From contig JAPDJI010000020.1 in NCBI GenBank assembly GCA_029259155.1, positions 1 to 64,000 on the forward strand: a stretch of DNA of 64,000 nucleotides, written 5' to 3'. Positions 48,725 through 57,693 of the stretch are shown here, piece after piece (the first letter of the stretch is position 1; every line of letters begins with the position of its first letter). Both the position numbers and the translations under genes were made by a program. Below the pieces are notes generated by a model. The model made no database searches. It saw only the letters and a program-made list of their open reading frames with translations, and was not told where the DNA came from. This stretch comes from Candidatus Methanomethylicia archaeon. GTDB lineage: Archaea; Thermoproteota; Methanomethylicia; Nezhaarchaeales; B40-G2.

Positions 48725-49099
48725 GTGAGGGGCTTGAGGCCTAGACGAAGGCGAAGGCGTGAAGCCTTAATAATGAAGGACATAGCCTTACAGAGGGTTA
48801 AGAGACTCTTCCAGCTAGCAGAAGAAGCGTTTAGGGAGAATCCTTCGCTTTCAAACCGCTACGTGGAGCTGGCTAGGCTCATAGCTATGAGAAGCAGGAT
48901 ACGCATACCTCGAGAATTAAGAAGGAGGTTTTGCCATAAATGTGGCTGTTATCTTCAACCAGGAGTTAACTGCCGGGTTAGGTTGGCTAAACGCAGAAGC
49001 CCACATGTAGCTATAACCTGCCTTGCCTGCGGCCACGTTCATAGGATCCCATTGACAAGCGTAAGTGGGAAAACCTTTTTTAGCGCTGTAGATGGCTAA
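48725..49099 (+). CDS. rnp4: RNase P protein component 4 (Rpp21)
   Basis: IA.QR..RLF, RYV, FCHKC...PG...CLACG. Confidence 0.92.
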   Translation: MRGLRPRRRRRREALIMKDIALQRVKRLFQLAEEAFRENPSLSNRYVELARLIAMRSRIRIPRELRRRFCHKCGCYLQPGVNCRVRLAKRRSPHVAITCLACGHVHRIPLTSVSGKTFFSAVDG

Positions 49100-49136
49100 A
49101 GCTAGCTTTAACCATCTGAGTTAAGCGGGTTTAACT

Positions 49137-49604
49137 ATGTCAGCAGTAGAGATGGTCCCTCCACAGGTGCTCATAGAGCAGCTGGCTAAGTACCTGAAGG
49201 AAAACGTAGCTGAGGTTAAGCCTCCTTCCTGGGCCCCTTACGTCAAGACAGGGGTCCATAAAGAAAGGCTCCCTGAAGACCCTGACTGGTGGTATGTAAG
49301 GTGCGCCGCTATTCTACGCAAGCTATACCTCTACGGCCCTGTGGGCATAGAAAGGTTGAGGGTAGCTTTCGGGGGTAGACAGCGCGTAGGGGTTAGAGGC
49401 AGGGAGCATTTCAGGAAGGGTAGTGGAGCTATCGTGCGTAAGGCTTTACAACAGCTTGAGCAAGCCAAGCTGGTGGTGAAGGAGGGGAATAAGGGGAGAA
49501 AGCTAAGTCCTCAAGGAGTATCCCTCCTCGACCGGCTAGCGCTCAGGATGCTGAGGGACCTACAGAAACAGATGCCTGAGCTCAGGAAATACCTGGGTAA
49601 GTAG
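49137..49604 (+). CDS. rps19e: 30S ribosomal protein S19e
   Basis: VKTG.HKER.P, WWYVR.A, RKALQQLE. Confidence 0.96.
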   Translation: MSAVEMVPPQVLIEQLAKYLKENVAEVKPPSWAPYVKTGVHKERLPEDPDWWYVRCAAILRKLYLYGPVGIERLRVAFGGRQRVGVRGREHFRKGSGAIVRKALQQLEQAKLVVKEGNKGRKLSPQGVSLLDRLALRMLRDLQKQMPELRKYLGK

Positions 49605-49662
49605 TCTCGCGGCGATAGGTTTAGAGATACCCTTAAACCACTAGGACTGGGGGCTCTCTGAT

Positions 49663-50010
49663 TTGAGCGACGAGGAATTAACAGACGAGGAACTTGAAGA
49701 AATTCAGCGCAGAAAAATGCTACAGTACCAGCAGATGGCAGCTGAAGCTCAGCGAAGAGCAGAGCTTCAGAGACAAATGGAGTTAGCTAAGCAGAGTTTA
49801 CTGCGACAAATACTGACGCCAGAGGCTAGAAGTAGGCTTGCAAACATCAAGATGGTACGCCCTGAGTTCGCGGAACAGCTTGAAGCTCAGCTCATTCAGC
49901 TGGCTCAGGCAGGTAGGCTTAGGATACCGGTGACCGATGAAGTGTTGAAGGAAGTACTTAAAAACATCCAGCTGCGAGCTAAGAGAGACTGGAGGATCCA
50001 GAGGGTTTAA
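49663..50010 (+). CDS. PDCD5-like DNA-binding protein
   Basis: LRQILTPEARSRLANIKMVRPE.A..LE.QLIQLA. Confidence 0.93.
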   Translation: MSDEELTDEELEEIQRRKMLQYQQMAAEAQRRAELQRQMELAKQSLLRQILTPEARSRLANIKMVRPEFAEQLEAQLIQLAQAGRLRIPVTDEVLKEVLKNIQLRAKRDWRIQRV

Positions 50011-50022
50011 GGAGGGCTGAAG

Positions 50023-50178
50023 GTGGCTCGTAATAAACCAGGCGCCAAAAAGCTGCGCCTAGCAAAGGCAGGTAAACAGAACAGTGCGGTGCCGGCATGG
50101 GTCATCATTAAGACGAGGAGGAAGTTTAGGAGCCACCCTAAGCGACGGCACTGGAGAAGAACAAAGCTGAAGGTGTAG
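50023..50178 (+). CDS. rpl39e: 50S ribosomal protein L39e (51 aa)
   Basis: Hand translation [31 protein letters not shown]...[14 protein letters not shown]. Confidence 0.95.
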   Translation: MARNKPGAKKLRLAKAGKQNSAVPAWVIIKTRRKFRSHPKRRHWRRTKLKV

Positions 50179-50182
50179 AAGC

Positions 50183-50464
50183 TTGTCGGAGGAAGCAAAA
50201 ATAGTGGAGGAAAGGCTTCTCGTAATACCTCTGAAGAGGGCATACTACTACACGCGTTGGAGAAGGGTGGAGAAGGCGGTCAAGCTGCTTAAGGAAAAAG
50301 TGGCTAAACACATGAAAGCTAAGGAGGTTAAGCTGTCCACCGCCGTCAATGAGGCTTTATGGAGTAGAGGTGCACAAAAACCTCCCAGAAGGCTGGAGGT
50401 CAAGGCGGTTAAGGACGAGGACGGCGTGGTCTGGGTCCACTTACAGAGCGAGGAAACCTCCTAG
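50183..50464 (+). CDS. rpl31e: 50S ribosomal protein L31e
   Basis: IPLKR, VNEALWSRG..KPPR. Confidence 0.93.
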   Translation: MSEEAKIVEERLLVIPLKRAYYYTRWRRVEKAVKLLKEKVAKHMKAKEVKLSTAVNEALWSRGAQKPPRRLEVKAVKDEDGVVWVHLQSEETS

Positions 50465-50475
50465 AAGCGACCAGT

Positions 50476-51147
50476 ATGTCTGTTGAAGCCCTCGATGTCT
50501 ATGGAAGCGTATGTGTAGGGGCTTTCTGTTTCGCTAACCACTCGTTAGCCATAATACCCGACGAAGCCCCCAAGAAGCTTCAAGAAGCTTTAGAGGAGAA
50601 CTTGAAGGTCAAGGTGGTACGTGTAAAGGTAGCCGATTCCCCTCTAGTTGGGATATTGGTAGCTGGCAACGAGAACGGTATTCTTCTACCTAGAAGCGCG
50701 CTGCCCGAGGAGGTTGAGGTTGTAAAGCGCGAAGGAGAAGGTTTAAACGTTGAGGTAGTGGACAGCAAACGTACCGCTTTAGGTAACTTAATCCTAGCTA
50801 ACGATAAAGCAGCCTTAATACACCCAGACCTTACTGATAGGGAAGCTAAAAGAGTAGAAGATGTATTGGGGGTAGAGGTGGTGAGAGGAGCCATAGCGGG
50901 GATACCTTTCGTAGGATCCACAACGCTGTTAAATAATAGAGGGCTACTCACACATCCCTTAGCAGGAGAGGATGAACTGAAGTGGTTGGAGGAGCTGTTT
51001 AAGGTCAAGGCGGAGGGAGGTACCATTAACCATGGCTCACCCCTACTAAGGGTGGGGGCGGTGGTTAATGACCATGGAGCTCTCGTAGGCTCCTTAACCA
51101 CAGGCTTGGAAATCGCTAAATTGGAGAGGGTATTACTGGCCCCCTAA
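50476..51147 (+). CDS. eif6: Translation initiation factor 6
   Basis: G.L..GN.NG, ALGNLILAND, GTIN.G; conserved context. Confidence 0.93.
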   Translation: MSVEALDVYGSVCVGAFCFANHSLAIIPDEAPKKLQEALEENLKVKVVRVKVADSPLVGILVAGNENGILLPRSALPEEVEVVKREGEGLNVEVVDSKRTALGNLILANDKAALIHPDLTDREAKRVEDVLGVEVVRGAIAGIPFVGSTTLLNNRGLLTHPLAGEDELKWLEELFKVKAEGGTINHGSPLLRVGAVVNDHGALVGSLTTGLEIAKLERVLLAP

Positions 51148-51163
51148 CTGGAGGAGGTAGGCT

Positions 51164-51379
51164 TTGGTGGAGGTAAAGGAGTTTCTAGTAGAGGGGGAAG
51201 TTAGGCTTAAGGATGGTTGGAAGAAGTTTAAGGTTAAGCGAAGAGGCATTAAAGAAGAGGATGTTAAGGAGAAGGTGTACTCCGACATGGGGGGAAGATT
51301 TAAGGTTAAGCGGAGCGCCGTGAAGATCTATAAGGTGCAGGCTTTGGAGGGTGAGGAGGTTGTCGAAGACGCCGCCTAG
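51164..51379 (+). CDS. rpl18a: 50S ribosomal protein L18a/LX
   Basis: EKVYS.MGG..KVKR..VKI; between eif6 and pfdA. Confidence 0.88.
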   Translation: MVEVKEFLVEGEVRLKDGWKKFKVKRRGIKEEDVKEKVYSDMGGRFKVKRSAVKIYKVQALEGEEVVEDAA

Positions 51380-51794
51380 CGAAGAAGACCTACAGAGCCT
51401 CGTGGTGGAGTATAGGGTCCTCCAAGACATGAGCGTTGATCTACAGCAGAGGGTTAACGTCATCTCCGCTTTCATAAGTGAGCTTCAGGCTGCTGCCAAC
51501 ACCGTCGAGGAGGTTAGCAAGGTAGGTGAAGGAGCAGAGGTATTGATACCGATTGGTGGAGCTTCATACATTAGAGCTAAGCTTGCTAATCAGGGCAAAG
51601 CCGTGGTAGGTTTAGGGGCAGGGGTGGCTATAGAGAAGGAGCTTTCTGAGGCGAAGAAACACCTGGAAGACCGTATAGGTGAGCTTCAACAAGCGCTTGC
51701 TTCAGTGCAGCGCCAGCTCATGAACGTGGCGGCGAGGATGGCCCAGATAGAGCCAAAAATCAGGGAGGCATTGGAAGCTAGGAGGACAGCCTAG
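51360..51794 (+). CDS. pfdA: Prefoldin alpha subunit
   Basis: Coiled coils flanking LIPIGGASY...VGLGAGVAIEK. Confidence 0.92.
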   Translation: MSKTPPSEEDLQSLVVEYRVLQDMSVDLQQRVNVISAFISELQAAANTVEEVSKVGEGAEVLIPIGGASYIRAKLANQGKAVVGLGAGVAIEKELSEAKKHLEDRIGELQQALASVQRQLMNVAARMAQIEPKIREALEARRTA

Positions 51795-51809
51795 GCAGGA
51801 GAGGCTGAG

Positions 51810-52718
51810 ATGTTTGAGAAGCTTAGAAAAAGTTTCCAGTCGTTTGTTGAGAGCTTAAGCACGAAGCAGTTAAGTGAAGAAGAACTGGAGGAGCCTCTCC
51901 AAGAGCTCCTATTTTCACTGGTTGAAAGCGACGTGGCTTTACCTGTGGCCGAAGAGCTGATAGATAGGTTAAAGAAAAGCCTGGTAGGCTTGAAGGTTGG
52001 AAGGTTCTCTGACGTTGAGGATGTGGTTAAAGGAACCTTAAAGAAAACCCTCCTCGACCTGCTTAGAAGCGCTGAGCCCATCGATTTCTTGGGTGAAGCC
52101 AGAAAAGCTAAGGAAAATGGAGAGGTCTTTAAAGTGGTGCTCGTAGGGCCTAACGGTCACGGTAAGACCTTAACCGCCGCTAAGTTAGCCAAGCTTCTTC
52201 TATCTAATAGCTATACAACGGTTTTAGCATGCAGCGATACCTTCAGAGCTGGAGCCGAGGAACAACTGGAGGAACATGGAAGAAAGCTTGGAGCCAGAGT
52301 GGTCAAGCACCGTTATGGAGCTGATCCAGCAGCTGTAGCCTTCGACGCCGTGTCGCACGCAAAAGCTAGAGGCCTACATGCAGTCATAGTGGACACGGCT
52401 GGTAGGCTTCAGACCGATAGGCCTTTGATGGATGAAATGCGGAAGATAATCCGAGTGGTTACCCCTCACCTCGTCCTATTCGTTGGGGACGCCTTAACTG
52501 GTAATGACGCCCTCGACCAAGCAGAGAAGTTTAATAGCGCTGTGGGCATAAACGGCAGCATCCTAACTAAGCTTGACGCTGATGCCAAGGGAGGAGCAGC
52601 GGTGTCGATTATCTACGCCACGAAAAAACCGATACTTTTCTTCGGGGTAGGTCAAGGCTATGATGACCTAATACCTTTTAGCCCTGAGTGGCTGGTGGAG
52701 CGTATCGTGGCGAGCTAG
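51810..52718 (+). CDS. ftsY: SRP receptor FtsY
   Basis: GPNGHGKT, DTFRAGA, DTAGR, TKLDADAKGG, GVGQGYDDL. Confidence 0.96.
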   Translation: MFEKLRKSFQSFVESLSTKQLSEEELEEPLQELLFSLVESDVALPVAEELIDRLKKSLVGLKVGRFSDVEDVVKGTLKKTLLDLLRSAEPIDFLGEARKAKENGEVFKVVLVGPNGHGKTLTAAKLAKLLLSNSYTTVLACSDTFRAGAEEQLEEHGRKLGARVVKHRYGADPAAVAFDAVSHAKARGLHAVIVDTAGRLQTDRPLMDEMRKIIRVVTPHLVLFVGDALTGNDALDQAEKFNSAVGINGSILTKLDADAKGGAAVSIIYATKKPILFFGVGQGYDDLIPFSPEWLVERIVAS

Positions 52719-52736
52719 GTGAGAAGCTTGGTAAAC

Positions 52737-53660
52737 ATGAAAAACCGGGACTTACTAACCCTCCAAGACTTCAGTGCTGAGGAGCTCCTACACATACTCG
52801 AGTGGTCTAAGGAGCTTAAGAAAAACCCTGGAAAAGCTGGGCGTCCTCTGGAGGGCCGTCAGGTCGCATTGATCTTTGAAAAACCTTCCACTAGGACTAG
52901 GGTTTCACTAGAGGTTGCTGTAAACCAGCTTGGAGGCAACGCGATTTACTTGTCCACTTCTGAAAGTCAGTTGAAGCGTGGGGAAACCATAGCTGACACG
53001 GCTAGGGTTCTCGATAGATACGTGGACGCAGTCGCTGCGAGGGTATCCAGCCATACATGGCTAGAGGAGTATGCGTTGCATTCCCGAAAACCCGTTATAA
53101 ACGCGTTGAGCGACCTTTACCACCCCCTACAGGCCATCGCCGACCTCTTCACTGTGTGGGAACGTAAAGGACGTTTAAGGGGAGTTAAACTAGCCTACGT
53201 AGGTGACGGAGGAGCTAATACTTGTCACAGCTTGCTCATAGCGTGTTCTAAGCTGGGAGTAGATATGGTGGTAGCCTGCCCAGAGCCATTTAGCCCTCGA
53301 AGAGAGGTTATCGAGGCGGCTCTCACCAACGCTTATCGTAGTGGCAGTAAGGTAGAGGTGGTTAAGGACCCGAGGAAAGCCGTGGAGGAGGCAGACGTAA
53401 TATATACTGATGTATTTGTGAGCATGGGGAAAGAGGCTGAGGCCGAAGAGAGAAAAGCTGCTTTTCTACCAAACTATAGGGTGGACGAAAAGCTAGTACA
53501 CATAGCTAAAGAAGACTACATCTTCATGCACTGCCTCCCAGCTCATAGAGGAGAAGAGGTCGTAGACGAGGTCTTAGACGACCCTGAACACTCAGCCGTA
53601 TGGGATCAAGCTGAAAACAGGTTACATACAGCTAAGGCGGTATTCTCCCTCCTCCTATAG
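52737..53660 (+). CDS. argF: Ornithine carbamoyltransferase
   Basis: FEKPSTRTR, HPLQ, SMG, HCLPAHRG, QAENR. Confidence 0.95.
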   Translation: MKNRDLLTLQDFSAEELLHILEWSKELKKNPGKAGRPLEGRQVALIFEKPSTRTRVSLEVAVNQLGGNAIYLSTSESQLKRGETIADTARVLDRYVDAVAARVSSHTWLEEYALHSRKPVINALSDLYHPLQAIADLFTVWERKGRLRGVKLAYVGDGGANTCHSLLIACSKLGVDMVVACPEPFSPRREVIEAALTNAYRSGSKVEVVKDPRKAVEEADVIYTDVFVSMGKEAEAEERKAAFLPNYRVDEKLVHIAKEDYIFMHCLPAHRGEEVVDEVLDDPEHSAVWDQAENRLHTAKAVFSLLL

Positions 53661-54508
53661 TGATGGCTTTGAAGCTGATAGTTACATCGTCAAAAGACCC
53701 CGCCAGCTTAAACATCAAAAGAGCCTTAATGGACTTGGTAGACTTCAAGGAATCGAGCTTAAACTTTGACGGAGCCCCGATCATGTTCCGTGGCGACGTA
53801 GCCCTAGTCACTGTAGACAAGGAGCTCATCCACGCCGACCACATAGACGGATTACTAGACGCTGAGCTCGCGGTCTTCGCGTCAAGACATGAATCCTCAT
53901 CCAAGCTACCATCGCTCCTAACACACATCCCAGGTAACTGGACCTTGAAGGCTGAGGCTGGAGGTAAGCCCAAGAGCCTATGCAGAGCTTGCCCCAGCGT
54001 TCTAAAGGAGACCCTCCTAGAACTAGAAGCTCAGCGCAGGAGGCTTGGGCTACACGAATGGCTATGCGGTGTAGAGGCAACCCATCATGGACCTTACCTA
54101 GAGAAAACTCCAGCTATCTTCGTAGAGATAGGTAGCAGTGAGGAGGAATGGTTAAACAAGACAGCAGCCATAGCGGTCGCTAACGCCATATTGAAAGCTG
54201 TGTCAAGCAAAGTTAGCTACAGGCCGTTACTCTGCTTTGGAGGAACACACTATGCTCCAAAGTTCACTAAGCTCATGTTGGAGACGGCATGGACAGCTGC
54301 ATACATAGCTCCTAAGTATGTCGTAGATGAGCTTGACGAAGCTATTCTAGCACACGCTCTTCAACGCAGCTGCGAGACAGTAGAGGCCGCTGCCTTAGAC
54401 TGGAAAGGGCTTAAAGGAGCTCAAAGGGAAGCTTTAATAAAGCTGCTGAGTAAGGTAGGGTTGAAGGTATGTAAGGCTGATGAGCTTTTTGAGCGAGAAG
54501 GTATATAA
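53660..54508 (+). CDS. dtdA: D-aminoacyl-tRNA deacylase (archaeal DTD2)
   Basis: SRH.S, H.PGN, EATHHGP, FVEIGS, GGTHY, DWK. Confidence 0.92.
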   Translation: MMALKLIVTSSKDPASLNIKRALMDLVDFKESSLNFDGAPIMFRGDVALVTVDKELIHADHIDGLLDAELAVFASRHESSSKLPSLLTHIPGNWTLKAEAGGKPKSLCRACPSVLKETLLELEAQRRRLGLHEWLCGVEATHHGPYLEKTPAIFVEIGSSEEEWLNKTAAIAVANAILKAVSSKVSYRPLLCFGGTHYAPKFTKLMLETAWTAAYIAPKYVVDELDEAILAHALQRSCETVEAAALDWKGLKGAQREALIKLLSKVGLKVCKADELFEREGI

Positions 54509-54549
54509 AGTGCGCCTTCAATAGGCGTGTGGACCTCATAAGGTAGGCG

Positions 54550-54735
54550 GTGCTAATGAGGATACGCAGCTTCATCGAGGATACTATGCGCGTACTAAGG
54601 GTAGTGAGGAAACCAAGCCGCTCTGAGTACTGGGTATTGTTCCGCGTATGCGTGCTCGGCATGACAGTGATAGGTATCTATGGTTTCCTCATACTCTACC
54701 TCTCAACTATCATCGCCGCAGCCGTAGGGCTCTAG
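54550..54735 (+). CDS. secE: Protein translocase SecE / Sec61 gamma
   Basis: RVLRVVRKP...EY followed by one TM. Confidence 0.92.
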   Translation: MLMRIRSFIEDTMRVLRVVRKPSRSEYWVLFRVCVLGMTVIGIYGFLILYLSTIIAAAVGL

Positions 54736-54749
54736 CAAGGTGATAGGGG

Positions 54750-55223
54750 TTGTCGCTAAGGACTGGGGAGTTTCTATACCTTGTGAGGACAACGGTGGGC
54801 CAGGAGAGAAACGTCATGTTCATAGCTGAGGGAAGGATCGAGAGGGAGGGACTCCCTATACGGTCATTAGTGTGTATCGAAACCCTTAGAGGCTACGTGC
54901 TAGCTGAGGCAGACGCTCCTCATTATGTTGAGAAGGCCTTCTCCAACATTAAACATGTGAAGGGGGTTTCATTAAGAAAAATCAGCTTATCTGATCTCGA
55001 AGTCTTCCTGGTACCTAAACCAGCCATTGAGGGCATAGAGGTCGACGACATCGTGGAGATCACCGGAGGGCCCTTTAGAGGAATGAAAGGCCGAATAGTT
55101 AGGGTAGATAAAAGCAAAGAAGAGGTAACCCTGGAGCTTCTCGAAGCCCCCTACGCCCTACCTATAACCGTGCACGCCGATTACGTCAGGGTCAGCGAGA
55201 AAGCTTCAAGGAGGGCTGGCTGA
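54750..55223 (+). CDS. spt5: Transcription elongation factor Spt5
   Basis: TTVGQE, GYVLAE, KOW GPFRG. Confidence 0.95.
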   Translation: MSLRTGEFLYLVRTTVGQERNVMFIAEGRIEREGLPIRSLVCIETLRGYVLAEADAPHYVEKAFSNIKHVKGVSLRKISLSDLEVFLVPKPAIEGIEVDDIVEITGGPFRGMKGRIVRVDKSKEEVTLELLEAPYALPITVHADYVRVSEKASRRAG

Positions 55224-55714
55224 TGGGCGTCAAGAAAACCTTCAAGTTCATCATAGAGGGCGGTAGAGCCACTGCAGGCCCCCCTATAGGGCCAGCTTTA
55301 GGCCCATTAGGGCTTAACTTAATGGAGGTGGTCAACAACATAAACGAAGCCACCAAGGACTTCGCTGGTATGAGAGTACCCGTAGAGGTCGAGGTGGACG
55401 TAGACGAGAAGGCCTTCCAGGTGAAGGTAGGTATACCCACCACGACCGCGTTGATAGCTAAAGAACTAAAGGTGGAAAAAGGCTCCTCCAAGCCTGGCAG
55501 CGAGAAGGTAGGAGACCTGACCATGGAGCAGCTCGTCAAGATAGCTAAGATAAAACGTCCAGGGCTACTAGCCAAGACGTTTAAGGCAGCGGTAAAAGAG
55601 GTCTTGGGCACGTGCCTTAGCATGGGGGTCACGGTCGAAGGGAAGAATCCAAAGGTGGTCCAGAGGGAGATAGATCAAGGCCTTTACGACGAGCTATTAA
55701 AGGAGGAAGATTAA
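55223..55714 (+). CDS. rpl11: 50S ribosomal protein L11
   Basis: GG.AT.GPPIGPALGP, GTC.SMG. Confidence 0.97.
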   Translation: MGVKKTFKFIIEGGRATAGPPIGPALGPLGLNLMEVVNNINEATKDFAGMRVPVEVEVDVDEKAFQVKVGIPTTTALIAKELKVEKGSSKPGSEKVGDLTMEQLVKIAKIKRPGLLAKTFKAAVKEVLGTCLSMGVTVEGKNPKVVQREIDQGLYDELLKEED

Positions 55715-55715
55715 G

Positions 55716-56384
55716 GTGAGCGTAGAGCTGGAAGCTTTAAAGGTAGCCATAGAAGAGGCTAAGAAGCTCGCCAAGGCTAGGAGGTTCAAGCAGTCCGTGG
55801 ACCTTATCATCAGTTACAGCGACCTCTCGACGAAGCAGCCAGAGGCAAAGATAAACGAAACCATAGAGCTGCCCCACGTCTCACCTGAGAGGAAGGCTAA
55901 GGTATGCGTCATAGCTGAAGGAGATCTAGCCATTAAGGCCAAGGAGGCAGCCGACGCTGTGATAGGGAAGGAGGAGCTGAATAAAGCTCAAGGTGACCGT
56001 AAATATGCACGTAGTTTAGCTAGGAACTTTAACTTCTTCATAGCCCAGGTCGACCTCATGCCCCTCATAGGTAGGTCCCTGGGACCAGTACTAGGGCCTA
56101 GAGGCAAGATGCCTACACCTTTACCTGGCACCGCTGACCCCATCCCATTGATCAGGAAGCTTCAAAACTCCGTTAGGGTCAGGATCAAAGACAGCCCTGT
56201 AGTGCAGTGCTCCATCGGGAGTGAAGACATGCCTGTGGATCAGCTAGCTGAGAACGCTAAGACCCTAATAGAAAGCGTAGAGGATAGGCTTAAGGTCCCC
56301 CACCATATTGGAGGAGTCTTCGTGAAGCTTTCCATGGGGCCAGCCGTGCCTGTCAAGATAGAGAAAAGGAGGAAGGCGGCTTGA
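55716..56384 (+). CDS. rpl1: 50S ribosomal protein L1
   Basis: F.QSVD, LGPRGKMP, KLSMGP. Confidence 0.96.
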   Translation: MSVELEALKVAIEEAKKLAKARRFKQSVDLIISYSDLSTKQPEAKINETIELPHVSPERKAKVCVIAEGDLAIKAKEAADAVIGKEELNKAQGDRKYARSLARNFNFFIAQVDLMPLIGRSLGPVLGPRGKMPTPLPGTADPIPLIRKLQNSVRVRIKDSPVVQCSIGSEDMPVDQLAENAKTLIESVEDRLKVPHHIGGVFVKLSMGPAVPVKIEKRRKAA

Positions 56385-57253
56385 AAACCCTAAGTTTCCA
56401 GGTTTCTCCTAGGGCAAGGAAAGAAGCCTTGGTTAAGACCTTGATGGACCTACTGGAAAAATATAGAGTCGTAGCCATAGCCGACGTAACAGGGCTACGC
56501 GCAAACCAGTTTCAGAGGCTGAGGATGAAGCTGAGAGGTATAGCGGAGGTGAAGATGGCCAAGAACACCTTGATGAGGATAGCCATAGAGAGGCTCCTCG
56601 ATAAGAAACCTGAGCTGAAAAAGCTAGCTGAGTATTTGACAGGGTCTAACGCCTTCGTCTTCACTAATGAAAGCGCCTTCGCACTCTACATGCTTCTGGA
56701 GCGCAACAAGGTGTCAGCTAAGGCTAAACCTGGCGATAAAGCCTCAAAGGACATATACATACCGGCGGGCAACACAGGACTCCCCCCTGGACCTATTCTG
56801 AGCATGTTCAAGATGCTAAAGGTACCCACGAGGATAGAGGAAGGATCCATCTACGTGTCTAAGGACACCTTGGTCCTTAAAAAAGGAGAAGTTATTTCCA
56901 GAGAAGCCGCCGACTTACTGTCGAAGCTTGGCATAGAACCCATTGAGGTAGGGTTAAAGGTGAAGACGGCTTACGAAGACGGCTTAATCTTGACAGAGCA
57001 GGACCTAGCCTTAGACCTAGAGGCATACAAGGGTCAGCTTGCTGAAGCATACTCTAATGCTTTAAGGTTGAGCATAGCTGTAACCTATCCAACCGTCGAC
57101 AACGCTGAGCTGCTCCTAGCTAAGGCACAGAGCGAAGCCTGGAACCTAGCGGTTAACGCAGCTCTACCAGTCAAGGAGGCAGTAGAGATGCTGCTTCAAC
57201 GAGCTGAGGCGGAGGCAAGAGCCCTTGAAGCCATCTTGCCTAAAGCTTCCTAA
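56381..57253 (+). CDS. rpl10: 50S ribosomal protein L10 (P0)
   Basis: KNTL, PAGNTG.PPGP, LGIEP. Confidence 0.95.
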   Translation: MKTLSFQVSPRARKEALVKTLMDLLEKYRVVAIADVTGLRANQFQRLRMKLRGIAEVKMAKNTLMRIAIERLLDKKPELKKLAEYLTGSNAFVFTNESAFALYMLLERNKVSAKAKPGDKASKDIYIPAGNTGLPPGPILSMFKMLKVPTRIEEGSIYVSKDTLVLKKGEVISREAADLLSKLGIEPIEVGLKVKTAYEDGLILTEQDLALDLEAYKGQLAEAYSNALRLSIAVTYPTVDNAELLLAKAQSEAWNLAVNAALPVKEAVEMLLQRAEAEARALEAILPKAS

Positions 57254-57310
57254 CGTTTATAAGGGAGGCACTACCCCTAGTGTCGACAACCCCCCTTGGA
57301 GAGGGTGACT

Positions 57311-57640
57311 ATGGAATACGTTTATGCAGCTCTGCTCCTACATCATGCAAAGAAAGGAATAACAGAGGAAGGGCTCAAGAGCATTTTAGAGTCTGCTGGC
57401 GTAGAGGTTGATGAAGTTAGAGTTAAGGCGCTGGTGGCAGCCCTAAAGGAGGTTAACATAGACGAGGCTATCAAAGCTGCAGCCCTACCGGTAGTTGCAC
57501 CTGCAGCTGTGGCTGCTGGTACCGCTCCTGCTACCCAGCCTTCAGGAGCTCCAGCAGAAGAAGAAAAGAAAGAAGAGGAGAAGAAAGAGGAAGTCTCAGA
57601 GGAGACCATGGCTGAGGGGCTTAGTGCCCTCTTCGGTTAA
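57311..57640 (+). CDS. rpl12: 50S ribosomal protein L12 (P1)
   Basis: [11 protein letters not shown], Ala hinge, acidic tail, GLSALFG. Confidence 0.96.
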   Translation: MEYVYAALLLHHAKKGITEEGLKSILESAGVEVDEVRVKALVAALKEVNIDEAIKAAALPVVAPAAVAAGTAPATQPSGAPAEEEKKEEEKKEEVSEETMAEGLSALFG

Positions 57641-57693
57641 CGTTGCATGTTTAAAACCCATCTACCTAAACCATAGCCACGAAGGCCTCTACT